Source: an uncultured candidate division Zixibacteria bacterium
Lineage (GTDB): Bacteria; Zixibacteria; MSB-5A5; GN15; FEB-12
Assembly: GCA_963735035.1 (NCBI GenBank)
Contig: CAVTJJ010000004.1
Location: forward strand, 864,001-928,000
DNA: 64,000 nucleotides
Reading direction: 5' to 3'
Shown here: positions 53,456 to 62,884 of the stretch, piece after piece
Numbering within the stretch: the stretch's first letter is position 1
How the letters are laid out: each line of letters starts with the position of its first letter
Notes under the pieces: model-generated
What the model was told of the DNA's origin: nothing
What the model saw: only the letters and a program-made list of their open reading frames with translations
Database searches by the model: none
Position numbers and translations under genes: made by a program

Positions 53456-53540
53456 AGGACAGGTGAATCCGCAGAAACGTAGTTGAATACGATAATTTGA
53501 GCCAGTAGATTCAAAACCATATTCATTGGGGGGAGCGTCA

Positions 53541-56500
53541 ATGAGTATTAGAAGACTCAAACTGACGAAAAGAGTCGGCGCGGTAGTGGGTGTGTTTTTG
53601 TTCTCACTCGCACTGCACGCATCGTCCGGTCCGCCGAAGGCGAGTCCGGATCAGGCCCTATCGCAACTCAAGAAGGGGAACCAGCGGTTTGCATCCGGGG
53701 GCATGACCTACCCGCATCTAGGTAAGGACAGGCTGGCCGCGGTGGCCGAGGGTCAGCAGCCCTGGGCAACTGTTGTCAGTTGCTCGGATTCACGAGTCCC
53801 GGTCGAAGAAATCTTCGACGCCGGACTGGGTGATATCTTCGTGGTGCGGGTCGCGGGCAACGTCTGCGACGTGGACGAAGTCGGCTCGGTCGAATACGGA
53901 GCGGAGCATCTCGGTACTCCCGTGCTCGTTGTCCTGGGCCACACGGCGTGCGGCGCTGTGACGGCGGTGGCGACCGACGCCGTAGTCCACGGCTCGATTT
54001 CGCCGCTCATTGACAACATCAAGCCGGCGGTGCAAAAAGCTGCAAAGGATAATCCGGGGCTAAGCGGCAAAGACCTGGTCACGGCCGCGGTAACAGCCAA
54101 TGTCTGGCAGTCCATTCAGGATCTGTTAACTGCCTCTCCAATTGTTCGTGAATTGGTGAAAGAGGGAAAGCTCAAGATTCAGGGCGCTATCTATCATCTG
54201 GATGATGGCAAAGTCGAGTGGCTGGGCGCGCATCCTCGCGAGGCATTTCTGACAGCGTCAACAGGCGGAGGGCATCCCAAAGTATCTTCAACTTTTTATC
54301 AGACGGCTACGCTGCATGTCCCTGATGTTTCAGAGGCCCGTCATGCCGAAGGCATCGACAAGAACAAGGCCATGCAGTTGCTCAAGAGCGGCAACTCCCG
54401 CTATGTCGATGGATCTCGCACTTATCAGCATCAGGACAAGTTGCGCCTTCGCGAGGTGACTACCGCGCAGCATCCGTACGCGACCGTGGTGTCATGTTCG
54501 GATTCGCGGGTGCCGGTAGAACATATCTTCGACGCAGGTCTGGGCGACATATTCACCGTCCGAGTGGCAGGAAATGTCTGTGATGTGGACGAGATCGGCT
54601 CGATCGAATACGGCATCGGGCATCTGTTTACGCCGATGCTTGTCATAATGGGCCATAGCGCGTGCGGCGCCGTGACGGCGGTAGCCACCGACGCCGAGGT
54701 AAGCGGATCGATTCCGGCGCTGGTGGACAATATTGTCCCAGCCGTCGCGATGGCCCGTAAAGAGCATCCATACCTGACTGCGAAAGACCTGGTACCGGAA
54801 GCAATCAAAGCGAACGTCATGACCTCAATGGCGGATCTGTTCGCTCATAGCCCGGAAGCCTGTGCTATGGTTCAGAGCGGGTTTCTCAACGTAGTTGGGG
54901 CCGTATATGATTTGGAGACGGGCAAGGTTGAATGGCTGGGGCCGCATCCAAATCAAACCGATATGGTCAGCACTCTCTTGGCAGTGGCCGGAGAATCAGG
55001 CCATGGCGCCTCTTCTGAGGCCGCTGGCGAAGCCGGGGAGTCTCACTCCGGTGCAGAGAAGAGTTCACTCAGCGCTGAGACTGGTCACGGCTCGGTTTCA
55101 AGTGGCGGTATGGCAAGCGGCCACGAAAAGTCGGCTGCCTCGATGGCGTCAGTCGCCGGCGAAGAACAATCCGGCGCCACTGTCCAGAGAACACTCTGGG
55201 ACGAATGGTGGTTCTGGGCGCTCATCCTGAGTGCTTTCATATCGATAATAATTTGGATGTTCAAGAAGATAGAAAAGGGGGAATTTGCTATGAAGATGAA
55301 TGTAGGAGCCAAGATTCTCACGGGCTTTGGGGTGGTGCTGGCTATTCTCGCCCTCACCATTACTGTTGCTACATGGAAGATGGGACAGATCGGGGATTCA
55401 CTGAAGGAAGTAGCCGAAGAGTATATCCCGCTCACCGAGAAGATTTCTGCCATTGAAATTTCCGCCGTAGAGCAGGGAATGGCTTTCGCCTCTTTCCGGG
55501 CCGACAGCGACCAGAAATGGCTGGCTATGTTTGAAAAAGACAACGAGCTCGTGGCGGAAGAACTGAAGGGAGCTGAAGAAATAGTCAACGCTAACAAGGT
55601 GTTGCTGGAATCAGGCATGATGGAAACGCTGAAGAAACTGGAAGCCGAGCACGAGGGGTTCTACGCCGATGCCGAGAAACTCATAGGAGAATTGAAGGCG
55701 GGAACGCAGGGTGAGCAAGTGGAGGAGCTTTCAAATCAAGCCGAAGAGGAAATGGCCACACTCCAGGAAGCCACAGATGTCTTCCTAACACAAGTGGAAC
55801 ACAGTCTGGATTCGGTCAGTGCACTGGCTGAGGAAAATGAAAAGGCAGGATTCCAGTTGATAGTGGTCCTGGGAATACTGGGGGTAATCGCGGGTTTGAC
55901 GATCGGCTGGATGATTGCCCGAAGCATCTCGCGCCCGGTCACTCAGATGGCCAATATTGCCCAGCAGATCTCGCAGGGTGACATCGATCACAACATCGAA
56001 GTGCATTCCAAGGATGAGATTGGCATGCTGGCCAATTCCTTCAAGGAGCTGATCATCTACATGAAAACCATGGCCGGAGCGGCCGAGAAGATCGCCAACA
56101 GCGACTTGACGGTCAAAGTGGAGCCGAGATCGGAAGCTGACGTGCTCGGCAAGTCATTCAAGAGCATGACAATCAATCTGTCCGACATGATCCGTCAGTT
56201 GACCGACGGCGCCGGACAGTTGGTGTCGGCGGCGAACGAGGTGGCCTCCTCTTCGGAGCAGATGTCACGCGGCGCCAAGGACCAGACCGACCAGATGGCC
56301 CAGGTATCAACGGCGGTGGAAGAGATGACCGCAACTATCGTAGAGACTTCCAAGAACGCCGGGGAAGCTACCACGGGCTCTCATCGTGCTGCTGAAACGG
56401 CCGGTACCGGCGGGCAAATAGTCAACGATACGATTCAGGGGATGCAGAAGATCGCCGCGGTGGTTCGGGAATCGGCGGAATCAATCAGCAAGCTGGCCAA

Positions 56501-57047
56501 GTCGGCAGACCAGATCGGTGAGATCATCGGTGTAATCGACGATATCGCCGACCAGACCAACCTGCTGGCTTTGAACGCTGCTATCGAAGCGGCTCGGGCC
56601 GGAGAACAGGGACGCGGTTTCGCAGTGGTAGCCGACGAAGTCCGCAAGCTGGCCGAACGCACCGGCAAGGCGACCGGTGAGATTACGAATATGATCAAAG
56701 GTATCCAGCAGGAGACCAACGACGCTGTCAAGTCGATGGAGTCCGGCATTGTGCAAGTCGATAAGGGCCGGGAGCTGGCTGACAAGGCCGGTACCAGCCT
56801 CAATGAGATTGTGACTATGGCCCAGCAGGTGCAGGACATGATTCAGCAGATCGCGACGGCTTCGGAAGAGCAGTCTTCGGCGGCTGAGCAGATTTCCAAG
56901 AACGTGGAAAACGTGACGGCAATCGCTCGCGAATCTGCCACCGGTGCGCAGCAGTCGGCGGCGGCGGCGGAAGAGTTGAACCGCCAGGCCGAGGCTATGC
57001 GTCAGATGGTGGCGAAGTTCAAGCTCAGTCAGGAAGCTCGCGTCTGA
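53541..57047 (+). CDS. Fusion of tandem beta-carbonic anhydrase domains and a methyl-accepting chemotaxis protein
   Basis: Two copies of [12 protein letters not shown] / VRVAGN / GH(T/S)ACGAV; three TM segments; HAMP (ISRPV...[10 protein letters not shown]); MCP signature [38 protein letters not shown]. Confidence 0.93.
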   Translation: MSIRRLKLTKRVGAVVGVFLFSLALHASSGPPKASPDQALSQLKKGNQRFASGGMTYPHLGKDRLAAVAEGQQPWATVVSCSDSRVPVEEIFDAGLGDIFVVRVAGNVCDVDEVGSVEYGAEHLGTPVLVVLGHTACGAVTAVATDAVVHGSISPLIDNIKPAVQKAAKDNPGLSGKDLVTAAVTANVWQSIQDLLTASPIVRELVKEGKLKIQGAIYHLDDGKVEWLGAHPREAFLTASTGGGHPKVSSTFYQTATLHVPDVSEARHAEGIDKNKAMQLLKSGNSRYVDGSRTYQHQDKLRLREVTTAQHPYATVVSCSDSRVPVEHIFDAGLGDIFTVRVAGNVCDVDEIGSIEYGIGHLFTPMLVIMGHSACGAVTAVATDAEVSGSIPALVDNIVPAVAMARKEHPYLTAKDLVPEAIKANVMTSMADLFAHSPEACAMVQSGFLNVVGAVYDLETGKVEWLGPHPNQTDMVSTLLAVAGESGHGASSEAAGEAGESHSGAEKSSLSAETGHGSVSSGGMASGHEKSAASMASVAGEEQSGATVQRTLWDEWWFWALILSAFISIIIWMFKKIEKGEFAMKMNVGAKILTGFGVVLAILALTITVATWKMGQIGDSLKEVAEEYIPLTEKISAIEISAVEQGMAFASFRADSDQKWLAMFEKDNELVAEELKGAEEIVNANKVLLESGMMETLKKLEAEHEGFYADAEKLIGELKAGTQGEQVEELSNQAEEEMATLQEATDVFLTQVEHSLDSVSALAEENEKAGFQLIVVLGILGVIAGLTIGWMIARSISRPVTQMANIAQQISQGDIDHNIEVHSKDEIGMLANSFKELIIYMKTMAGAAEKIANSDLTVKVEPRSEADVLGKSFKSMTINLSDMIRQLTDGAGQLVSAANEVASSSEQMSRGAKDQTDQMAQVSTAVEEMTATIVETSKNAGEATTGSHRAAETAGTGGQIVNDTIQGMQKIAAVVRESAESISKLAKSADQIGEIIGVIDDIADQTNLLALNAAIEAARAGEQGRGFAVVADEVRKLAERTGKATGEITNMIKGIQQETNDAVKSMESGIVQVDKGRELADKAGTSLNEIVTMAQQVQDMIQQIATASEEQSSAAEQISKNVENVTAIARESATGAQQSAAAAEELNRQAEAMRQMVAKFKLSQEARV

Positions 57048-57062
57048 GTTTGTATCAAGACG

Positions 57063-57091
57063 AGTGGCCGGGTGTTAGAACCCGGCCACTT
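57063..57091 (+). terminator. Hairpin terminator after the CA-MCP gene
   Basis: AGTGGCCGGGT/ACCCGGCCACT stem; weak T tail. Confidence 0.6.
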
Positions 57092-57162
57092 GCCACCCAT
57101 CATTAGCGTCATTCAAGCCTTTAGAAACTTTGTTCTCTGACGCACGATACCAAGCTGAAACA

Positions 57163-57191
57163 TTGACTGAACCCGCTCACTTAGTTATCAT
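57163..57191 (+). promoter_or_regulatory. sigma70-type promoter
   Basis: TTGACT-N17-TATCAT. Confidence 0.55.
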
Positions 57192-57255
57192 TCTTCGTGA
57201 ATTATCTTCCTTCCCGGTCCTACCTTCTCGAATTGCGTGATTGGGGTTATCGGTC

Positions 57256-58367
57256 ATGTTCATGACATTCTTCTTCAGTGCCTGGACCCTCATGCACGTC
57301 TACGTGTGCTGGCGTCTGACATCCGTTCCCATAGTGTGCCGGGCATGTCTCGCGCAAGGTCCTGTGGCCGATGGCGGCGATTCTCTGGGCAGGTTATTTC
57401 TTGCAGCGGCTGATTGAAGACCAGGGCTTTGTGCCATTGGCACGACCTCTCGAAATGTTCGTGATGAACTGGCTGGGAATTCTGTTCCTGGTATTCTTCT
57501 GTCTACTCGTGGTCGATCTCGTCACAGTCTTTGGTCTTGTGTTTAGGAAACATGCCCCGGTGCTTCGTGGCGTGGGATTGACTGGTGGGAATCGTGCTGG
57601 CCGGTGTAGCTCTGTTTCAGGGATTGCGTCCACCCGTGGTGGATGACTACGAAGTCCGTCTCTCCGGTCTGCGCGCCGAGGACGATGGCCTTAAGATCGC
57701 GGTAATCTCTGACTTGCACGTGGGATCTTTAATCGACGGTCAGTGGCTCGCGGCGCGGATTGAGCAGATCAAAGCGCTCAATCCCGACATGGTGTTCATG
57801 TTGGGCGACTTGTTCGAAGGCGACAGCCAGACAGAACGCCAGGATAGTATGATCCAGGTGCTGCGGGGCATGACTCCAAGGTATGGTGTTTGGGCGGTCA
57901 TGGGTAATCATGAGTCGCACGGCGGCCGCGACGCCAGCTTGCGCTTTCTCGAAAATGCGGGGGTTCATGTACTTCGGAATGAGTGGCGCGAAGTTCTTCC
58001 CGGTCTCGTCATCGGCGGGGTCGGCGACGGCGGTCACCACGAGGAGCCTGACAGTTCCACCAACGGATTCAAGCGGCTTCTCGCGACCAAACCGCTGGAC
58101 GAAGCAAGCATCTTTCTTTCGCATCGGCCCCAGATGATCGACGAGACTGCTGCGGCCGGTGTGGGTTTGATGCTCTGCGGCCATACGCATGGCGGACAGA
58201 TTTGGCCATTCAGCTATGTTGTGGGATGGATGAATCCGCTTCTGGCGGGTCGGTACGAAATAGGCGGGATGACCGCAATCGTTAGCCGAGGTGCCGGGAC
58301 CTGGGGGCCGCGGATGCGACTCTGGTCGCCGGGCGAGATTCTCCGGATTACGCTGCGGGCCAAGTGA
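57256..58367 (+). pseudogene. Membrane-anchored metallophosphoesterase (YkuE-like) with two frameshifts (~57341, ~57581)
   Basis: N-terminal TM pieces in three frames; SDLHVG, LGDLFE, MGNHE, LSHRP, GHTHGGQIWPF, GTWGPRMRL. Confidence 0.8.
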
Positions 58368-58464
58368 GGGGTTACAGTGAAGCTTGTTCGGTTAATGGCT
58401 ATTCAGGGATTCGTTCTGATGCCGCAGGGTGGCCCACCATTTATGGTGGGGCTTAAGAGACGGG

Positions 58465-59058
58465 TGGGGCATCCGATAATTACTATAGTCTTCCTGTTGA
58501 CATTCACTATCAATGGGTATGCCGGAGAAACAGCAGGTCACAAGGGATTCGCAGTTGGCTTCCAGACAGGTTACGGCCACTTGCAGCTTCATTCAGATCA
58601 AGTTGGAGATGCGACCAGCTCGACTTTCAGTCTGGGTTTTCAGGGAGGTTATGCGGTCAATTCGCGAGACAATTGTCGGCTTGGACATAGGCGGCTGGCT
58701 GCTTGAACCGTACACGGTCACTGACCACGGCGAAGAAAAGGGAGAGTCGGTCAGCAACACGATGTTCTTCCTGCATGCATTCCCGGTCAAACGACTGCCC
58801 ATCTATCTGCGAGTTGCGGCCGGGTACACATATTACAAGATCAATCGTCCGGACAAACACAATGGCAGCGGCTGGGGATCATGTTTGATCGGGGGCGGGT
58901 ACGAAATTCGCGCGGTTGATCATTTCTTCATAGCACCACAAATTAGTTACAGCCGCGGAAATATATCGGATGTCCCTGCAATATTGTGGATGGAAACGGG
59001 CCGTCGTTACGACGTAATAGATATATCAGTCGCGGTGCATTGGTACAGCGGGCGATGA
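58465..59058 (+). pseudogene. Small outer-membrane beta-barrel protein with a frameshift at ~58667; start uncertain
   Basis: Signal-like IITIVFLLTFTINGYA, GFAVGFQTGYG...GFQGGYAVNSR continuing in another frame as TIVGLDIGGWL...GGGYEI...ISVAVHWY. Confidence 0.6.
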
Positions 59059-59098
59059 TCAATTCACATCGCGCAGGGCACCCTGGACGGTAGCCACG

Positions 59099-59539
59099 TC
59101 ACAGCAGTTCTTCAAGAATCGTCACGGCATTCGCAACGTACTTCGAGCAACGAGTGTCTTTGTAGTTACGCTCGTCAAAGATGCGCCGTCCTTCTTCGGT
59201 TCCTACGTCACAACCCAACAGCTCGCGGCAAGTACTCGTGGTGTGCAGCGATCTGAATCGCTCGACAAACTCGATTGATAGATCGTAAGTCTTCTGCTTG
59301 GATGCATCGTCGTCCGGATCGGCGCTGGCGTGTTTCAGGCCGATTACCATCAGCGCGCCCGTGACGGCGCCACAGGTTTCGCCCATGCGGGCCATCCCGC
59401 CGCCAAAAGCTCCGCTGACCTTCAGGGCGACATCCTTATCCATCCCGAATTGCTCGGCATAGGTCGAGAACACCGATTGCGAACAATTGAAACCACTCTT
59501 GAAACAGGCGACGGCTTTATCAGCGCATTTCTTTTCCAT
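59099..59539 (-). CDS. C-GCAxxG-C-C family putative redox protein
   Basis: GFNCSQSV, FGGGMARMGETCGAVTGA, CRELLG, C-terminal Cys. Confidence 0.92.
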   Translation of the reverse strand: MEKKCADKAVACFKSGFNCSQSVFSTYAEQFGMDKDVALKVSGAFGGGMARMGETCGAVTGALMVIGLKHASADPDDDASKQKTYDLSIEFVERFRSLHTTSTCRELLGCDVGTEEGRRIFDERNYKDTRCSKYVANAVTILEELL

Positions 59540-59551
59540 TCAGATTCTCCA

Positions 59552-59810
59552 GTAGGTCAGGAGGCCTTAGCCTCCTGACAGAATGTTCTGTGTAACGTTT
59601 GAGATTCGGGTGCCCCACTCCGCCGCGGCGGACGGTGGGATTAGATTCAGAGATCAAGCTGGTCCATCACCTAAGGTGTATTCGTGTGTTCTGCATGTCA
59701 ATTGTAATGCGACAATGTTGTCAGGAGCCTAAGGGCTCCTGACCAACTATAGGCGGGTTCGAAGACGGACCCGCCCTACGAATCCATCCGGCAGGGATGG
59801 AACCCTGCCG
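59552..59810. repeat. REP-like mosaic matching the 5263-5417 cluster
   Basis: GTAGGTCAGGAGGCCTTAGCCTCCTGAC (59552), inverted partner (59720), GGCGGGTTCGAAGACGGACCCGCCCTACG (59752), CGGCAGGGATGGAACCCTGCCG (59789; also at 6889 and 29417). Confidence 0.82.
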
Positions 59811-59843
59811 ATCAAAGTCCAAAATCGGTCAAATCCAAACGGC

Positions 59844-62120
59844 TCAATTCTTCGGCGCACCCAGCAGACGGCGCACGTCGGCGAGTATCGCCGCGCCCCG
59901 CTGTCTGAGATCCTGCTTCGTCTGAATCAGGTTGGCCGCCGTAGGAATCGCCCGCAACTGCACATGGAAACGCAGCGAATTGCCGGTGCCGGACGGTCTT
60001 ATCGTCACGTGCTGCAGCTTTTCGTCGTCGAAGAAGAACCGGATACCTTCATCGGGGAATTCAAACGTCGGCGTCGGCGGGTAAATCTTGTCGTACTTGC
60101 CGGTGCGATAAATGACCGCCGATTTCACTGTCAGACCGCCGATCTGGAACTTGCCCGATGCGGCTTCACGATAATATCCTAGCGCCTTCAAAAGGATTTC
60201 TTTCTTCAGTCGATCACCCTCGATACCCGGATATTCGCCGTCCATCGGGTCCGGCTCATAGAACGTGGCAAACAGCCCGATCGCCGGATCGAGATAGATT
60301 TCTTTGTCGAGCAGCTCGATGATCGTCGTCCCCTGAGCTTTCGCCCAGGCGGCGATTTCAGACACCAGAAGCGCTGCGAAAGTACCGTCTTTGTCGCGCA
60401 CGTGGCCGTCGACTCCCATCGAACGGGCATCCGGAGGACGCCCACCGAGGAGCGAGAAACCGTTGCTTTGTTCCAATGCGCCGATATTGAACGTTCGTTT
60501 ACCGTTGTCCATGCCGAGGCAATCACACACAAAATCATGGCACAGTCTGGTATGATCCTTGTCGCGTCCCTGTATCAGCGGCAGCAACTTGTTGACCCGG
60601 CCTTCCCACACTTCGCGGGTAGCGGCCGCCAGCGACGCAAATCCAACCCACGTTCGAACCACCCCCACGCCATGTTTCTGCGCCAACAACGTAAGACTGT
60701 CCGAAGTCGTGTGTGACAACACTATGAATTCCTTCGACGTATCAGCAGTGTTGCTCTTCTTCGCATGCTGCAGGCGATACCAGAGCACAAGCGTCCACAT
60801 GTCATCGGCCGGAAGAAGATAGTAATCCTTCCCACCGTAGACGTGTCGTTGATTTTCGGGAATCTTGACTACAATGCCGCACCGGTCGGCATCGGGGTCG
60901 GTGCCGATCAAGATATCAAGATCGTTGAACTGTCCGGGGTAATCGTCCTTGAAAGCGCCGACCAGTATCTCCGCCGCGCGCGGGTCGCCTGGATCAGGCT
61001 GTTGTTCCCGGCCGGGGTCGCTGCAGAAAGCAGGGAAGAGACCATTGAGCGTGTTTAATCCGAGTCCGCGTGTGGTGCCGTTGATCGACTTCACTCTCTC
61101 CGGCAGGAAACCGACTTCGTGCAGTAGTCGCGGGACGGCATAGATGCCGGCGCCGTGGAATGGGCAGAAACCGATCGATACCGGCTTCGCCGCTTTCTTC
61201 TGTTGCTCGGCCAGGTTCGGTGTGAGCAGGAATTTCTGCACATGTTCGCGATGCAGTTCGTGCATGTTGATGATCGCACCTTCGTGGCCGGCGTAGTCGA
61301 ACCCGGCCACCGGACGGTCGCCGCCCAGGAAGAACAACCGACCTTTGGTGGCGTCCTTGAATTTCCTGACCTTGATGTCAGAGACATCCACTTTGCTGAT
61401 GAACTGATTGTACATGTCATCGCGCTCCTTCGGATCGAACTGCGAACCGTTGGCGCACGACAGCTTGTAGCCGTTGTAGCGGTAGTCGTTGTGACTGGCG
61501 GAAATCAGAACCCCGGCGTCCGCTTTCACTTTCTCGTTGGGAATCGCGAAGGTGACTTCGGGATACGGACACGGGGCGTCGAAGAAATACACCGTGTAGT
61601 CGTATGCCAGAAAGACTTCGGCGACCAACCGGGCCAGATCGAACCCTCTTATTCGGCTGTCGTAGCCGATCACGACTTTCTGAAGGCGCGGTTTCTGCAC
61701 GATGCCGTACTTGGCGACACCGGCCGTGGTCAGCGCCATCACGAGATCGTTGATCGTATTCGGGCCTTTTAGTACCGGGGCGTCGATGCCTTCGTTCTTG
61801 ATCCGCACGATCGAGTCCCGGTCGAACGCCATCATCCCGCGAATGCCGCCGGTACCGAAACGAACCGTCTGGCGAAAAGCGTTGACCAGCCCTTCCCAGT
61901 CCTTGGCTTCGATATGTTTGACGATCCCTTCTTTGTACGTATCACGTATGCCCGGGATCGGGGGGAAGCCGAGCCATTTCTCAATGGCCGGGTAGGTGTT
62001 GGCCATGGCGACCGAATACAACTCGTTGTCGATCCGTCCGTCCGCTTTGGCCTGATTCAAGTAGGATTCAATTCCGGCTCTGGCCTTGTCCAGAATGGCC
62101 CTATAATCGTTCGGTGACAT
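59844..62120 (-). CDS. Phosphoglucomutase/phosphomannomutase-family phosphohexomutase
   Basis: FGTGGIRG, GYDSR, ISASHN (phospho-Ser), DPDADR metal loop, RDKDG, IRPSGT. Confidence 0.92.
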   Translation of the reverse strand: MSPNDYRAILDKARAGIESYLNQAKADGRIDNELYSVAMANTYPAIEKWLGFPPIPGIRDTYKEGIVKHIEAKDWEGLVNAFRQTVRFGTGGIRGMMAFDRDSIVRIKNEGIDAPVLKGPNTINDLVMALTTAGVAKYGIVQKPRLQKVVIGYDSRIRGFDLARLVAEVFLAYDYTVYFFDAPCPYPEVTFAIPNEKVKADAGVLISASHNDYRYNGYKLSCANGSQFDPKERDDMYNQFISKVDVSDIKVRKFKDATKGRLFFLGGDRPVAGFDYAGHEGAIINMHELHREHVQKFLLTPNLAEQQKKAAKPVSIGFCPFHGAGIYAVPRLLHEVGFLPERVKSINGTTRGLGLNTLNGLFPAFCSDPGREQQPDPGDPRAAEILVGAFKDDYPGQFNDLDILIGTDPDADRCGIVVKIPENQRHVYGGKDYYLLPADDMWTLVLWYRLQHAKKSNTADTSKEFIVLSHTTSDSLTLLAQKHGVGVVRTWVGFASLAAATREVWEGRVNKLLPLIQGRDKDHTRLCHDFVCDCLGMDNGKRTFNIGALEQSNGFSLLGGRPPDARSMGVDGHVRDKDGTFAALLVSEIAAWAKAQGTTIIELLDKEIYLDPAIGLFATFYEPDPMDGEYPGIEGDRLKKEILLKALGYYREAASGKFQIGGLTVKSAVIYRTGKYDKIYPPTPTFEFPDEGIRFFFDDEKLQHVTIRPSGTGNSLRFHVQLRAIPTAANLIQTKQDLRQRGAAILADVRRLLGAPKN

Positions 62121-62409
62121 TAGTACAACTCCTGTTGGTTCTTCAATTGACCGTGATATTCTGCATCATATACAAAGAATCGACTTGTGCTGCCACGGTC
62201 ATAAGCTGGAAAATCGGCCTTACTCCACACGGCGTCAACTCAATTTGTTGCCCGAGTTACGCGGGTGCTAAAGAAACGTCCCGGTTGTCACTATCACCTG
62301 CTGCTTTACACTCCTGTTTTAGGCTTCGTCCGGTCGATAAGAGGTTTATCTTGCTCTGTGCGTAGATGAGATCTCGCAGAATGTCGAACTTACAAGAGGA
62401 GCGATTGAC

Positions 62410-62754
62410 ATGAAGGTTGTTCGTGCCAAAGAAGCTGAGACTTACGAGCCAGAGAAGAACTGGAAACGGCTCAGCCTGTGCAACCAGAGTGATATTTCGA
62501 TCGAGCATTTCATCAAACCGCCCGGTCATGCTTCGCCCCGCCACAGTCATCCCAATGCCCAGGTTCTCGTTGTTCTGACCGGGGAGATCATTGTCGCCAA
62601 TGACAACGACGAACAGCGGCTCAGCGCCGGCGATGCGGTCTATATTCCGGGGGATGAACCTCACATAGTGAGCAACCCGCTCGACCGGGAGTCGGTAGGA
62701 CTCGACATCTTCGTGCCGGGCCGCTCATTCGATTTCTGGTTACGACGAAAATGA
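62410..62754 (+). CDS. Cupin-domain protein
   Basis: RBS GAGGAG; HSHPNAQVLVVLTG...GDAVYIPGDEPH. Confidence 0.88.
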   Translation: MKVVRAKEAETYEPEKNWKRLSLCNQSDISIEHFIKPPGHASPRHSHPNAQVLVVLTGEIIVANDNDEQRLSAGDAVYIPGDEPHIVSNPLDRESVGLDIFVPGRSFDFWLRRK

Positions 62755-62884
62755 AGTCGCCTTAAAGGGTTTGCTCAAAATCGGAAACTGAGTTACTTTG
62801 AAAATAGACCTGTCGAAACTGAATCAGGTCTTCTGAAGCGATAAGAACTTCGTGACTGGCCATAACCTGCAGTAGGAGCATAAG

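Noticed and set aside
49733..59810. tRNA-Ser-anchored genomic island
   Set aside because: No integrase and no duplicated tRNA 3' end seen in the window
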